64,000 nucleotides of DNA from Baekduia sp. (GTDB lineage Bacteria > Actinomycetota > Thermoleophilia > Solirubrobacterales > Solirubrobacteraceae): contig DATMIZ010000101.1 in the NCBI GenBank assembly GCA_035554055.1, positions 77 to 64,076 of the forward strand. The letters are read 5' to 3'. Both the position numbers and the translations under genes were made by a program. Numbering within the stretch: position 1 is the first letter of the stretch; every line of letters starts with the position of its first letter. Below are positions 1 through 13,636 of the stretch, one piece after another. The notes under the pieces are model-generated. The model saw nothing but the letters and a program-made list of their open reading frames with translations, was not told the origin of the DNA and made no database searches.

Positions 1-122
1 GCACGAGGCTCGCCCCGATCATCGCGTCGATGAGCGACGACCACAGCTGAACCCGTGCGAGGGCCGCTGATACGCAGCGGACGATCTTTAAGTCTTCGCG
101 AGTAGGAGTCGATTACTCCGGC

Positions 123-1346
123 GTGGAACTGACGTCCGCGTATCAGCCGATCGTCAACCTCGAATCCGGCGAGATCTTCGGATACGAGGCCCTGGCTCGC
201 GACGCAACGGGCAAGTTCCCAGCTGCGGCCTTCGATGCCGCCCGCGCGAACGGCACCCTCGCCGCGCTCGACTGGGAATGCCGCGCCAGTGCCGTGCGAG
301 GTGCTCTCGAGGCAGGCCTCAGACCACCTGTGGCGCTGTTCATCAACAATGAGCCGGGCGTGATCAGGGAGCCGCCTCCGGAGCGCCTTAGGTCTGTGCT
401 GACGACCGGCGCCAGGTCGCTCGACTTGTATTCCGAGATCACCGAGCGCGCCATAGCGAAGTACCCTGCGGAACTCCTGCAGAGGGTGTTTGAGATGCGC
501 TCGCGAGGCTGCTCCATCGCGATCGACGATGTCGGCGCGAATCCTCGCTCGCTTGCGATGCTGCCGGTCCTCAAGCCCGACGTGATCAAGCTCGATCTCT
601 CTCTGATCCAGGCCAAGCCCGACCTCGCGAGCGCGGCAGTCATGACCTCGGTGGCCGCGTACGCTCAGGCGACGGGCGCCACCATCCTCGCCGAAGGGAT
701 CGAGACCGAACAACATCTGCTGAACGCGATCACGCTGGGCGCGACACTCGGCCAGGGTTGGCTGTTCGGCCACCCAGGGCCACTGCCACAGGGTCGCCCA
801 ATCGAGATAACGCCGGCCCCGCAGCCACCGCCACCGGTGCCGCAGCTCCCCGAGCCAGAACTCCCTTCTGCGATCGTCGGTCGGAAGATGCCCCTGAGGC
901 CCGGGAACCCGGACTTCCTGATGGCTATCTCCAAGCATCTCGAACATCAGGCATTGGCGCTTGGCCAAGACACCGTTGTCGTGAGCTGCTTTGGCCATGC
1001 GCAGAACTTCGCGAGCGACGCCCGTGAGCACTACGCCCAACTCGCCAGGACAGTCGGGATCGTGGTCGTCCTCGGCGAGGGCGTACCAGATGAGCCGGCA
1101 CCAGACGTAAGAGGTGGAGCACTCGATCCAGACGACGTGCTCATCGGAGAGTGGACGGTGGCGGTCCTGAGCCCCCGCTACTCCGCGGCACTTGTCGCCC
1201 GGAACCTCAACGAGACCGGCACGCACGCGACCCCCCGCTTCGAATTCGCGCTGACGTTCGATGCTGAAGACGTCGCTGACGTCGTCCGCGCCCTGCTCCC
1301 GCGGATCGGGGCAGAGCAAGCCATGCGCGTTCCGCTCGCTGCCTAG
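123..1346 (+). CDS. EAL-domain c-di-GMP phosphodiesterase with C-terminal DICT-like sensor domain
   Basis: YQPIV, GYEALAR, EITE, IAIDDVG, IKLD, AEGIE and QGWLFG motifs; Pro-rich linker; DICT-like EWTVAVLSPRYSAALVAR. Confidence 0.88.
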   Translation: MELTSAYQPIVNLESGEIFGYEALARDATGKFPAAAFDAARANGTLAALDWECRASAVRGALEAGLRPPVALFINNEPGVIREPPPERLRSVLTTGARSLDLYSEITERAIAKYPAELLQRVFEMRSRGCSIAIDDVGANPRSLAMLPVLKPDVIKLDLSLIQAKPDLASAAVMTSVAAYAQATGATILAEGIETEQHLLNAITLGATLGQGWLFGHPGPLPQGRPIEITPAPQPPPPVPQLPEPELPSAIVGRKMPLRPGNPDFLMAISKHLEHQALALGQDTVVVSCFGHAQNFASDAREHYAQLARTVGIVVVLGEGVPDEPAPDVRGGALDPDDVLIGEWTVAVLSPRYSAALVARNLNETGTHATPRFEFALTFDAEDVADVVRALLPRIGAEQAMRVPLAA

Positions 1347-1394
1347 GCGCTACCCGCCGGGACAGCCCACTGTCCGGTCCTAGACTCCGCAGCG

Positions 1395-3046
<1,652 letters not shown>

Positions 3047-3050
<4 letters not shown>

Positions 3051-3898
3051 CACCGACGTTCCAGATCACCGAGTACAACGACCCCGGCTGCCCGTACGGC
3101 TATTCGGCCGAGCCATGGCGCCACGAGATCAAGTGGCTCTACGGCGACGCCGTGCAGATCGACCTACGCCTCGTCGGCCTCACCGACGACCCCGACGCGC
3201 TGCAGAGGTCCGGCTTCACGCCGGAGATGAATCTCGCCAACTGGCGGCGCTTCAGCGAGAGCTATGGGATGCCTTTCAGCTTCAAGAGCGCCGGTCGTCA
3301 CCCCGCCACGGTTCCCGCCTGCCGCGCGGTCGTCGCGGCGCGCCTTCACGGCGAGCCGGGCTCTGATCGCCTGCTGATGCGCTGGTTGCGGATCCATCGT
3401 TTCCAGGACGAACTGTTCGACGAGCAGCCCGTCCTCGATGCGGCGGCGTCCGACGCCGGGATCGATCCGGCTGAGCTGGCCAAGTGGGTCGGCGACCCGG
3501 CGACCGCGACCGCGCTCGAAGAGGACATGAAGGCGGCGCGCAGCCCTTCGCGCGAGGCGAAGGCGCTCGATCACAAGCTCGGCGGCCCGCCTGATGAGCG
3601 TCGCTACACGTGCCCGTCATGGGAGTACGTGCTGGTCGACGGTGACGCGCACTTCTCGGCGCCCGGCTTTCAGTCGCGCGAGATGTATGAGGCGGTGATC
3701 GCCAACCTCGCACCGGGACTCTCGCGCCGCGCGCCGGCCGAGGATCCTGTGCAAGTGCTCGAATGGGCCGGCGAGCCACTCGCGACGATCGAGGTCGCGA
3801 AGCTGATGGGTGTCAACGCCAGGAAGGCGACCGATGCGCTGAAGGCTTCCGGAGCTGACGAGATCGCGCTCGAGACGAGCTCGCTCTGGAAGGTCTAG
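3047..3898 (+). CDS. DsbA/FrnE-like thioredoxin-fold protein
   Basis: ATGA overlap with the ettA stop; N-terminal [13 protein letters not shown] resembles the FrnE DxxCPxCY motif. Confidence 0.7.
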
Positions 3899-3954
3899 CC
3901 GCTCAGAGCCGATCCGCTGCATCTACTGGGCCAGACGCCCAGAAAGACAGCGGA

Positions 3955-4410
3955 TCATTCGTTTGGGTCGCCGGGGCGGTGATGCGTGATCGTCAGCGGC
4001 GCGGAGGCCTGATCGACGGGCTCCGGCATGTTCTGTAGCCGGGCGTGGAAGGCGTTGGCGACGCGCAGCGCGTGGACCTTGGCGAGCGCGGCGCGCGGGC
4101 CATCAAAGAGTTCATCGACTGTGCGCGTCCACAGGATCAGCCAGCGCTCGAAGTGGCCTTGGCGCAGCGGCACCTTGGCGTGCAACGCGGCATGCGGGTG
4201 AAAGGCGCCGCCGGTGTAGCTCTGGGCGCCGAGCAGGATCGTCTCCCAGAACGAGGCGATCTGGGGCACGTGCGCTTCGACGTCGAGTTTGGCGACGTCG
4301 GTGAAGATGAAGCCGATGATCGGGTCGTCGAGCGCGCGGCCGTAGAAGGCGCGCACGAGGCGCTCGATGTCGGCGCGGGTCTCGATGTCCGGGAGCTCGG
4401 AGTCGGTCAT
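3955..4410 (-). CDS. Group III truncated hemoglobin
   Basis: DIETRADIERLVRAFY, FWETILLG, HFERWL. Confidence 0.9.
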   Translation of the reverse strand: MTDSELPDIETRADIERLVRAFYGRALDDPIIGFIFTDVAKLDVEAHVPQIASFWETILLGAQSYTGGAFHPHAALHAKVPLRQGHFERWLILWTRTVDELFDGPRAALAKVHALRVANAFHARLQNMPEPVDQASAPLTITHHRPGDPNE

Positions 4411-5069
4411 AGCGACGCGACCGCGTCCGGGATGTCGTCTGCATGGTGGACGACGACGTCCGCCTTGCTCAACTCAGATGCCAGGTAGGGCCCGGTCGCG
4501 ACGGCGATGACGCGGACACCGTCGGCGTGCGCGCAGGCGATGTCGTGCGGAGTGTCGCCGATGACGACGGTCTGCTCGCGTGGCCAATCGCCTGCGCGAT
4601 GACGCGCGATCGGCGGCAGCGCGGCGCGATCCTCGCTGTCGGAGCCGAAGCCTCCCTGCCCGGCTGCAAAGTGGTGGCCGATGCCCGCGCGCTTCAGCTT
4701 CAGCCGGGCGATCGGCTCGAAGTTGCCGGTCACGAGCGAGATGCGATGTTCTGACGTGAGCTGGTCGAGCACGGCGGTGATCCCGGGATTGAGGAACTCG
4801 CTCAGGGATGGCGGACACAGCCGCGCGAACGCTTCCACCGCCGCCATCCGCAGGTCATCGAGGCGAGCGTCGATCGTGTCGGCCGGCACCCCCGCGAGCG
4901 TCAGGTAGTGGCGCGCGATCTGCGGATCGGTGTAGCCGGCCACTTCGATGTCGCCCGCGTGGAGGCCGTCGACGCCGTAGGTCGACTCCATGCTCGTGAT
5001 CATCGCTTCGGCGTGCGTGGCGGCGGCGTCGATCAGCAGCGTTCCGTCGATGTCGAAGAGAAGAAGCAT
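4407..5069 (-). CDS. HAD-superfamily hydrolase
   Basis: LFDIDGTL, VTGN, IGDTPHDI. Confidence 0.9.
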   Translation of the reverse strand: MLLLFDIDGTLLIDAAATHAEAMITSMESTYGVDGLHAGDIEVAGYTDPQIARHYLTLAGVPADTIDARLDDLRMAAVEAFARLCPPSLSEFLNPGITAVLDQLTSEHRISLVTGNFEPIARLKLKRAGIGHHFAAGQGGFGSDSEDRAALPPIARHRAGDWPREQTVVIGDTPHDIACAHADGVRVIAVATGPYLASELSKADVVVHHADDIPDAVASL

Positions 5070-5123
5070 TGGACGTGACTGACATTAACCCCGGCAGACG
5101 GGGTTAACCAATGCCAGCCGTGC

Positions 5124-6176
5124 TTAGCGGGTGAAGTCGGCGTCCGCGGAGAGCGAGAGCGCGAAGGCGGCCAGCAGCCTGGCCGTGTTCTCGACGTCGT
5201 CGAGCTGGACGACCTCGACCGGCGAGTGCATGTACCGCAGCGGGATCGAGACCAGGCCCGTCGGGACGCCGCCCTTGCTGAAATGCACGGCGTCGGCGTC
5301 GGTCCCGGTGCGGCCGGCGCTGGCGGCGACGGTGAACGGGATCTCGTCCTTCTCGCCCGCAGCGTAGAGCGCCTCGAAGACATGCGGATTGATCACCGAG
5401 CCGCGTTCGACCACCGGTCCGGAGCCGAACTCGTGCGCGCCGAGCTCCTTCTTGTCGATGCCGGGAGCATCGGTCGCGTGCGTTACGTCGACCACGACCG
5501 CGACGTCGGGATCGAGCGAGAACGCCGTGGTGCGCGCACCGCCGAACGTGATCTCCTCCTGGACGGCCGCGACCGCGATGACGTCGCCGGCAGCACCGCC
5601 GGCCTCGTGCACGATCCGCGCGGCCTCAAGCGCGATGAAGCAGCCGAGGCGATTGTCCATCGACTTGGACGCGACACGGTTGTTCAGCAACTCGAGCGGC
5701 GCGCCTGAGATCACCGCGACATCACCTACGCGGACCTTCGCCTTCGCGTCGTCGCCGTCGTTGGCGCCGATGTCGATGTGAAGGTCCTTCATCTCGGCTG
5801 CCTTCTTGCGCTCCTCCGCCTCCAACAGATGGATCGGCTTCTTGCCGATCACGCCGGCGACGACGCCGTCGCGCGTGGTGAGCTCGACTCGCTGCCCGAC
5901 GAGGATCGTGGGATCCCAGCCGCCGACGCCGATGAAGTGCAGGAAGCCCTCGTCGCTGATGTGCGTGACGATCAGGCCGATCTCGTCGATGTGGCCGATG
6001 ATCGCGACCGTCGGTCCGTCGCCGGTGCCTTTCACCCGCGCGAGCGACGTGCCCATCACGTCCACTTCGACCTCCGCGAACGAAGCCGCATCGCGCCACA
6101 CCTTCGCTGGCGCCGTCTCATAACCCGAAGGGCCTTGGGCGGTGAGCAGGGCGCGGAGAGTGTCGTTCATTGGCAT
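5124..6176 (-). CDS. M42 family metalloaminopeptidase
   Basis: GPSGYE, HIDEIG, DNRLG, QEEI, VDVTH, LRYMHSPVE. Confidence 0.92.
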   Translation of the reverse strand: MPMNDTLRALLTAQGPSGYETAPAKVWRDAASFAEVEVDVMGTSLARVKGTGDGPTVAIIGHIDEIGLIVTHISDEGFLHFIGVGGWDPTILVGQRVELTTRDGVVAGVIGKKPIHLLEAEERKKAAEMKDLHIDIGANDGDDAKAKVRVGDVAVISGAPLELLNNRVASKSMDNRLGCFIALEAARIVHEAGGAAGDVIAVAAVQEEITFGGARTTAFSLDPDVAVVVDVTHATDAPGIDKKELGAHEFGSGPVVERGSVINPHVFEALYAAGEKDEIPFTVAASAGRTGTDADAVHFSKGGVPTGLVSIPLRYMHSPVEVVQLDDVENTARLLAAFALSLSADADFTR

Positions 6177-6209
6177 TGCGCCAGGCTAGCCGGGCACGAC
6201 CACGACCTT

Positions 6210-6246
6210 GGGCGACATCGCACCCAATATTTGGGCGATGTCGCCC
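6210..6246. repeat. REP-like palindrome, GGGCGACAT...ATGTCGCCC family, copy 1
   Basis: GGGCGACATCGCACCCAATATTTGGGCGATGTCGCCC; related copies at 13588 and 61096. Confidence 0.8.
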
Positions 6247-6254
6247 CGGCGTGT

Positions 6255-6764
6255 TCAGTAGATCCGGAACGAGTTGCCTGTGACGGTCGCGCCGCCGAGG
6301 CTCAGATAGGAGTGCGGGCCGATCGGCGCGCTGGCGCAGGTGTGGTTGCCCTGATAGGTCCAACAGCCACGGACCGTGTAGTCGCCGCTCTCATAGTCCC
6401 CGCGGTGCGACCAAGGACCGGTCACAGCGCCGGGAGCCCCGTAGAAGGCCTGGTTTGGGTACGGCGGCGTCCGCGGATGCCAGCAGGCACGTCCAACAGA
6501 ACAGTTCGTATTCGTTCCGATCATCGGCGTCGGCCCGGTTGCAAGTCGGTCGGTGCTCTCAGGCGGCAGTCCCGGCTTCACGGACAAAAATTCGCCTGTC
6601 ACCGGACTCGCCGTAACCGTCTTCGGCGTCGCCGACAGGATGTCGATCGTTAGCGCCGGGCCCGCAGCAGATCCCGGCGAGGCGATCAACAGCCATCCGA
6701 GTGCTGCGAGTGCCACCGACACCAGACCGACCCCGAACCTGTTGTACCTACCTGTACGTGCCAT
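6255..6764 (-). CDS. Secreted hypothetical protein with 4 Cys
   Basis: GGAGG upstream of ATG 6764; signal-peptide-like N-terminus; two Cys pairs. Confidence 0.65.
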   Translation of the reverse strand: MARTGRYNRFGVGLVSVALAALGWLLIASPGSAAGPALTIDILSATPKTVTASPVTGEFLSVKPGLPPESTDRLATGPTPMIGTNTNCSVGRACWHPRTPPYPNQAFYGAPGAVTGPWSHRGDYESGDYTVRGCWTYQGNHTCASAPIGPHSYLSLGGATVTGNSFRIY

Positions 6765-6784
6765 TACGCCTCCCGCGTTGTTGA

Positions 6785-7555
6785 TCATTGATCGGCCGGC
6801 AGGGGTCTGGCCGCGGCCGCGCCCGTGGTCTGTCTGCCGAGGATTTCGCCGGTCTTCGGATCGATTGCCACGGCCCGGGAGCCGAGGATCTCGCCGGTCT
6901 TCGGGTCGACGCTCACAACCCGGGAATTGAGATTCGCGCCGTCAGCGGCATAGAGAGTGGCGACCTCCCCGGGCTTCAGGTCCGACGTGGTCACGATGCC
7001 GTGATTGTCGGGCCGGAGCTCCCGCGCAGGGTGCGTTGCCGAGCCGACGGTCGGCGCCGGCGCGCCTTCGGGGACAGCCGCGACGAGCCGATCGCCGACC
7101 ACCAGCGAGATGCCGACGCGGTCAATCTCGGCCGTCGACGTGCAGACGACTGTGTCAGCGCTCGCGGCCTTGACGGTGGACGCCAGCGCGGGGGCGATCA
7201 GACACCAGCGATCGTCGCCCTGCACGAGGTACGCGGTGGTACCGAAGGCCGGCACCTCATGCGCCTGGTCCAGGCGCAGATCGTCGCCCAGCGCGCGTGT
7301 TTGCGCAAGCTTGGTGGTCGCGTCGACCGTGGGTCCGTCGAGAGCGAGCGGCCTGCCGTAGGCGGAGCCCGAGTCGCGATCGATGACCGACAGCGTGAGG
7401 ATCGTGGCGATCGCCAGCGCGACCACGCCGGTTCCGGCCGCGGCGGCACGGCGGGGGCTGACGGCCGGTCGGCGTGCGTTCATTGACAGCGACCGCTGAC
7501 GGAGCTTCTGTTCGAGGCCATCCTGGAAGTCGGGCATCGCGAGGAAATCAGTCAT
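6785..7555 (-). CDS. Single-TM protein, putative anti-sigma factor
   Basis: Overlaps the stop of the ECF sigma gene; one TM helix then an extracytoplasmic domain; duplicated DPKTGEILG. Confidence 0.6.
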   Translation of the reverse strand: MTDFLAMPDFQDGLEQKLRQRSLSMNARRPAVSPRRAAAAGTGVVALAIATILTLSVIDRDSGSAYGRPLALDGPTVDATTKLAQTRALGDDLRLDQAHEVPAFGTTAYLVQGDDRWCLIAPALASTVKAASADTVVCTSTAEIDRVGISLVVGDRLVAAVPEGAPAPTVGSATHPARELRPDNHGIVTTSDLKPGEVATLYAADGANLNSRVVSVDPKTGEILGSRAVAIDPKTGEILGRQTTGAAAARPLPADQ

Positions 7556-8111
7556 TCGCCCCTCCCAGCTGATCGCGCAGTTCGCCGAGACCACGGCTCA
7601 CGCGTTTGCGTACCGCCGGTTCGGTGAGGCCCATCTCCCGCGCGATGTCGCGGTAGGCGCGGTCCTCGACGATGTGTGCCCGGATGGTGGTTCGCTGTTC
7701 TGCGGGCAGGTCCGCCAACGCCGCTAGCGCGGGTTCCTCCTGGCCGCCCAACAGTTCCTCGTAGCTCTCCCGATCGGCAGGAGTGAGCACGATCGCGCTC
7801 TCGTGCAGCAAGCGGTGGCGGCGGAGGTCGAGCGCGCGGCGCCGATGCACGTCGGCGATCTTGCGTGTGGCGATGCCGAGCAGCCACAGGCGGGCGTTTT
7901 CGTACTGCGGGCGATACCGCCGTCGTTGCCTGAGCGCGGCCATGAACGTCTCCGACACGACATCGGCCGCCGATTCGGCGTCGAGACCGCGGCTGGCGGC
8001 GTACCTGATCATCGCGACCGAGTGGCGCCGATAGAACACGGCGAACGACTCGGCAGGGTCCTTCTGGTCGTGAAGAAGCAACGCGTCGCTTCGGCTGGTC
8101 AATGCCGACAC
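7548..8111 (-). CDS. ECF sigma-70 factor
   Basis: AADVVSETF, RLWLLGIA (region 2); YRDIAREMGLTEPAVRKRVSRGL (region 4). Confidence 0.92.
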   Translation of the reverse strand: MSALTSRSDALLLHDQKDPAESFAVFYRRHSVAMIRYAASRGLDAESAADVVSETFMAALRQRRRYRPQYENARLWLLGIATRKIADVHRRRALDLRRHRLLHESAIVLTPADRESYEELLGGQEEPALAALADLPAEQRTTIRAHIVEDRAYRDIAREMGLTEPAVRKRVSRGLGELRDQLGGAND

Positions 8112-8120
8112 AATTGTTTA

Positions 8121-8146
8121 TTCGCGCGAGCGGTCCGTTTTGTGAC
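8121..8146 (-). promoter_or_regulatory. Putative ECF-type autoregulatory promoter GTCACA-N16-CGAA
   Basis: Minus strand GTCACA, 16 nt, CGAATA, just upstream of the sigma GTG. Confidence 0.4.
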
Positions 8147-8187
8147 CGAACCGAGCAAATGTTTTATGCGCGCGTCGCAATCGCGCG

Positions 8188-10979
<2,792 letters not shown>

Positions 10980-10983
<4 letters not shown>

Positions 10984-11420
10984 GCGGTCTCCAGTAGCCG
11001 TGGCCGCGGGCGCTGCCGGGCCGGAACGATTTCAAAGTCTGATCCGTCTGTCGTGCGCGCGCGCCGCCACTCGGTCACGCGGGTTGTCGCGATGCGGTTG
11101 GTGCGTGAACGCGCGGCGACGGCGATCAGCGAGGCGTCGACCAGGTCGACGTGCTGGTCCTGGGAGATCGTGGCGGATTCGACCATCGCATCGGCCCACC
11201 AGCGCACGAGGTAGGCGCCGGCCTGCAGATCGGCGGCGAAGGCCTCGGCCGCCTGCTGACCGCCCGCTGCGCGCAGAAGCTCGTCGGCGCGGGCAGCCGA
11301 GAGCGGCGAGATCACCAGCTCCTCGTCGATCAGGTCGATCCATTCCGCGATCTGCTCATGGGCAGGATCCGACGCATCGGCGAGCGCGAGGATCGCGGAA
11401 GCGTCAACTACTACGGCCAT
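10980..11420 (-). CDS. PIN-domain VapC-like protein, apparently degenerate active site
   Basis: VVVDAS, LVISP, LVDAS; follows an RHH gene; stop overlaps the acnA ATG. Confidence 0.75.
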
Positions 11421-11589
11421 CGCCCCTGCCGATGATCGCGACTGCCTGCGGCTTCACCCGCGGCGGGCGCTGCACGGCGCCTGCGAGCGTGCGGCGGATC
11501 AGCTCCGCCTTGGTGATGCCCTCATCCGTCGCCCGGCGCGCGAGCGCGTCGTCCAGTTCAGGCTCCAGGTAGAGGCTGGTCTTCTTCAC
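11404..11589 (-). CDS. CopG/ribbon-helix-helix VapB-like antitoxin
   Basis: MKKTSLYLEPELDDALARRATDEGITKAELIRR; overlaps the PIN gene. Confidence 0.8.
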   Translation of the reverse strand: MKKTSLYLEPELDDALARRATDEGITKAELIRRTLAGAVQRPPRVKPQAVAIIGRGDGRSS

Positions 11590-11590
11590 C

Positions 11591-12028
11591 CTACGTAGGG
11601 TAGCGTAAGGCTCGGATCGTCGTGACGAGGGCCAGCACCGTCATGACGGCGGCGCTCCCCATGCACCAGACGCAGTGCGCGTCGAGCGTCACAAAGGACC
11701 GGTACTGCAGGTAGTAGCTGAAGCCCGCGCCACCGATCGCGAGCCCCGCGGCCGCGAGGGCGGCGGCTTCACTGCGGATCCAGGACGCCGCGAAGATCGC
11801 GATGTAGCCGAGCAGGCCCATCAGTGCGACCGGGACGCCGGCGAGCTTCGAATACTCGGACTTCTGGACCTTCTCGCAGCCGCCTCCTCCGGTGCACAGC
11901 ACCTGCGCGTCGTCGTAGTGGACGTAGGTGAGGTAGGCCGCGATGCAGATACCGAGCAGCGCGAGACCCGAAGCGAGCCAACGCAGCCAGTCGGCCTCGC
12001 GCGTGCGACTCGTGAGTGGCGCGCTCAC
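11591..12028 (-). CDS. Vitamin K epoxide reductase (VKOR) family protein
   Basis: CTGGGGCEKVQKSEYS, GVPVA, CVWC; GTGA overlap with the DsbA stop. Confidence 0.88.
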   Translation of the reverse strand: MSAPLTSRTREADWLRWLASGLALLGICIAAYLTYVHYDDAQVLCTGGGGCEKVQKSEYSKLAGVPVALMGLLGYIAIFAASWIRSEAAALAAAGLAIGGAGFSYYLQYRSFVTLDAHCVWCMGSAAVMTVLALVTTIRALRYPT

Positions 12029-12792
12029 TTCGTAGCCGCGTTGAGCGCGTCGACGATCGCCTGCGGGCCGTCGTCGATATTGATGTCGCGCAGCGCCCCG
12101 CCGGATGTCCCGATCTTGAACGTCGGAGTCGAGTTGATGCCGACGGCATCGGCCGCCTGGACGACCTTCGCCGCGGCCGGCCCGGACTGATCGGCGAAGA
12201 CCTTGTCGACGTCGAGCCCCGGCACCGCTGTCGCGATCTTGCGCAGGAACGCGTCGGTCACGTAGCCCGTGTTCTCCTCGCCCTGGTTCTCGAAGAACAG
12301 GTGGGTGAAGAACGGGAGCTCGTTCTGCTGCTGCACGCCACTGGCGAACCGCTGCGCCTTGGTCGAGTCGTCGCCGAGGATCGAGACGACCTTTGTCTGC
12401 AGCCGCACCTTGCCGGTGCGGACGTACTCGTCGACGATCGTGGGCATGACCTGCTGCGAGTAGGCCTTGCAGATGGGGCACTGCAGATCGACATACTCGA
12501 CGAGCGTCACGGGCGCCTTGGGGTCGCCGAGCGTGTCGCCGTTCACCTGCAGGCCTCTGAGAAAGGTGTTGGTGGCAGCGACGCCCGCGACGTCGCCCGG
12601 TGGCTTCTTGGAGTCGGCGCCACCGGTCGCGATCGCGATGACGGCGATCGCAGCGACCACCAGGCCCGCGACGGCCCCGAGGATCTGCATGCGGCGCAGG
12701 CGTGCGGCGCGGGAGGCATCGGCCTGTTCGGCGGCGACCCGCGCGTCTCGTGCCGCGTCGCGCTCGGCGCGTTTGCTCGGTTGGTCTGCCAT
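12025..12792 (-). CDS. Membrane-anchored DsbA family oxidoreductase
   Basis: N-terminal TM, EYVDLQCPIC, GINSTPTF; adjacent to VKOR. Confidence 0.9.
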   Translation of the reverse strand: MADQPSKRAERDAARDARVAAEQADASRAARLRRMQILGAVAGLVVAAIAVIAIATGGADSKKPPGDVAGVAATNTFLRGLQVNGDTLGDPKAPVTLVEYVDLQCPICKAYSQQVMPTIVDEYVRTGKVRLQTKVVSILGDDSTKAQRFASGVQQQNELPFFTHLFFENQGEENTGYVTDAFLRKIATAVPGLDVDKVFADQSGPAAAKVVQAADAVGINSTPTFKIGTSGGALRDINIDDGPQAIVDALNAATK

Positions 12793-12877
12793 TGCGGAGC
12801 ACGTTATGTACGCGAACACCGCCCTTATTGACCTTTTAGCTGTGGTGGGTCAGGCCCCTAGAGCGCTGTCGCCACCT

Positions 12878-13519
12878 TCATGCCCGCGTGGGCGAGGTGA
12901 TCAGGGCGGTGTGGCCTCCGTCATGGCTCTTGGGTGCGTCGTCGTCGAGCGCCTCCGCGACCAGCACCGTCGACCCGAAGATGGCGGCGGCGACGAAGAC
13001 GGCAGCGACTAGCTTCACCGGCGGCCCACCGTGGATGCCGGTCTCGTGCACGGCCGTGTGACCCTTCCCGCGGTTGATCAGCCACATGTTGACCGGCAGC
13101 GCGATCACTCCGGCAACCGCGAGCGCGAAGGACAGCGCACCCCAGAACAGGAGGCTGTCGAGCCCCGCTTCCATCGCGCCGGGGACGACAACCATGATCA
13201 GGTTGTCGACGATTTCCATCGTGGCGATGCTGAAGGTGTCCGAGGCGAGCGCGATCGGGACGACGACGCTGAGGGCGAGGCCCGCCCGCAGCAGCGGCAG
13301 GCTCGTGAGGCTGTATCCGAACACGAATGCAAGCGCGATCGAGAGCACGATCGTGCCGAGGTTGGAGAAGCCGAGCGCGGTGCCGATCGCCATGCCGGCG
13401 ACCTCGCCGATCGCACAGCCGGTCAGGCAATGCAGCGTGGCCGAGGCGCCCATGGCGAGCGAGGCGCGGCCTGATGTCGGCATCTCGTGGTGGTGGTGGT
13501 CGTGTGTCGCGTGATCCAT
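12878..13519 (-). CDS. DUF4396 membrane protein with His-rich N-terminus
   Basis: MDHATHDHHHHEM, ATLHCLTGCAIGE, PVNMWLINRGKGH. Confidence 0.8.
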   Translation of the reverse strand: MDHATHDHHHHEMPTSGRASLAMGASATLHCLTGCAIGEVAGMAIGTALGFSNLGTIVLSIALAFVFGYSLTSLPLLRAGLALSVVVPIALASDTFSIATMEIVDNLIMVVVPGAMEAGLDSLLFWGALSFALAVAGVIALPVNMWLINRGKGHTAVHETGIHGGPPVKLVAAVFVAAAIFGSTVLVAEALDDDAPKSHDGGHTALITSPTRA

Positions 13520-13537
13520 CTGGCCGACAGTAGCAGG

Positions 13538-13554
13538 ATACCCCTGGGGGGTTT
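13538..13554. promoter_or_regulatory. CsoR/RicR-like copper operator
   Basis: ATACCCCTGGGGGGTTT, i.e. TACCC-N5-GGGTT, just upstream of the -10 box of the DUF4396 gene. Confidence 0.6.
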
Positions 13555-13587
13555 CGTGCTAGCGGCCTCGGGAGGCTCATCGCCCCG

Positions 13588-13632
13588 CCTGGGCGACATT
13601 CACGTTGTATTTCAATGCCAATGTCGCCCAGG
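13588..13632. repeat. REP-like palindrome, copy 2
   Basis: CCTGGGCGACATT...AATGTCGCCCAGG. Confidence 0.75.
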
Positions 13633-13636
13633 GGCG

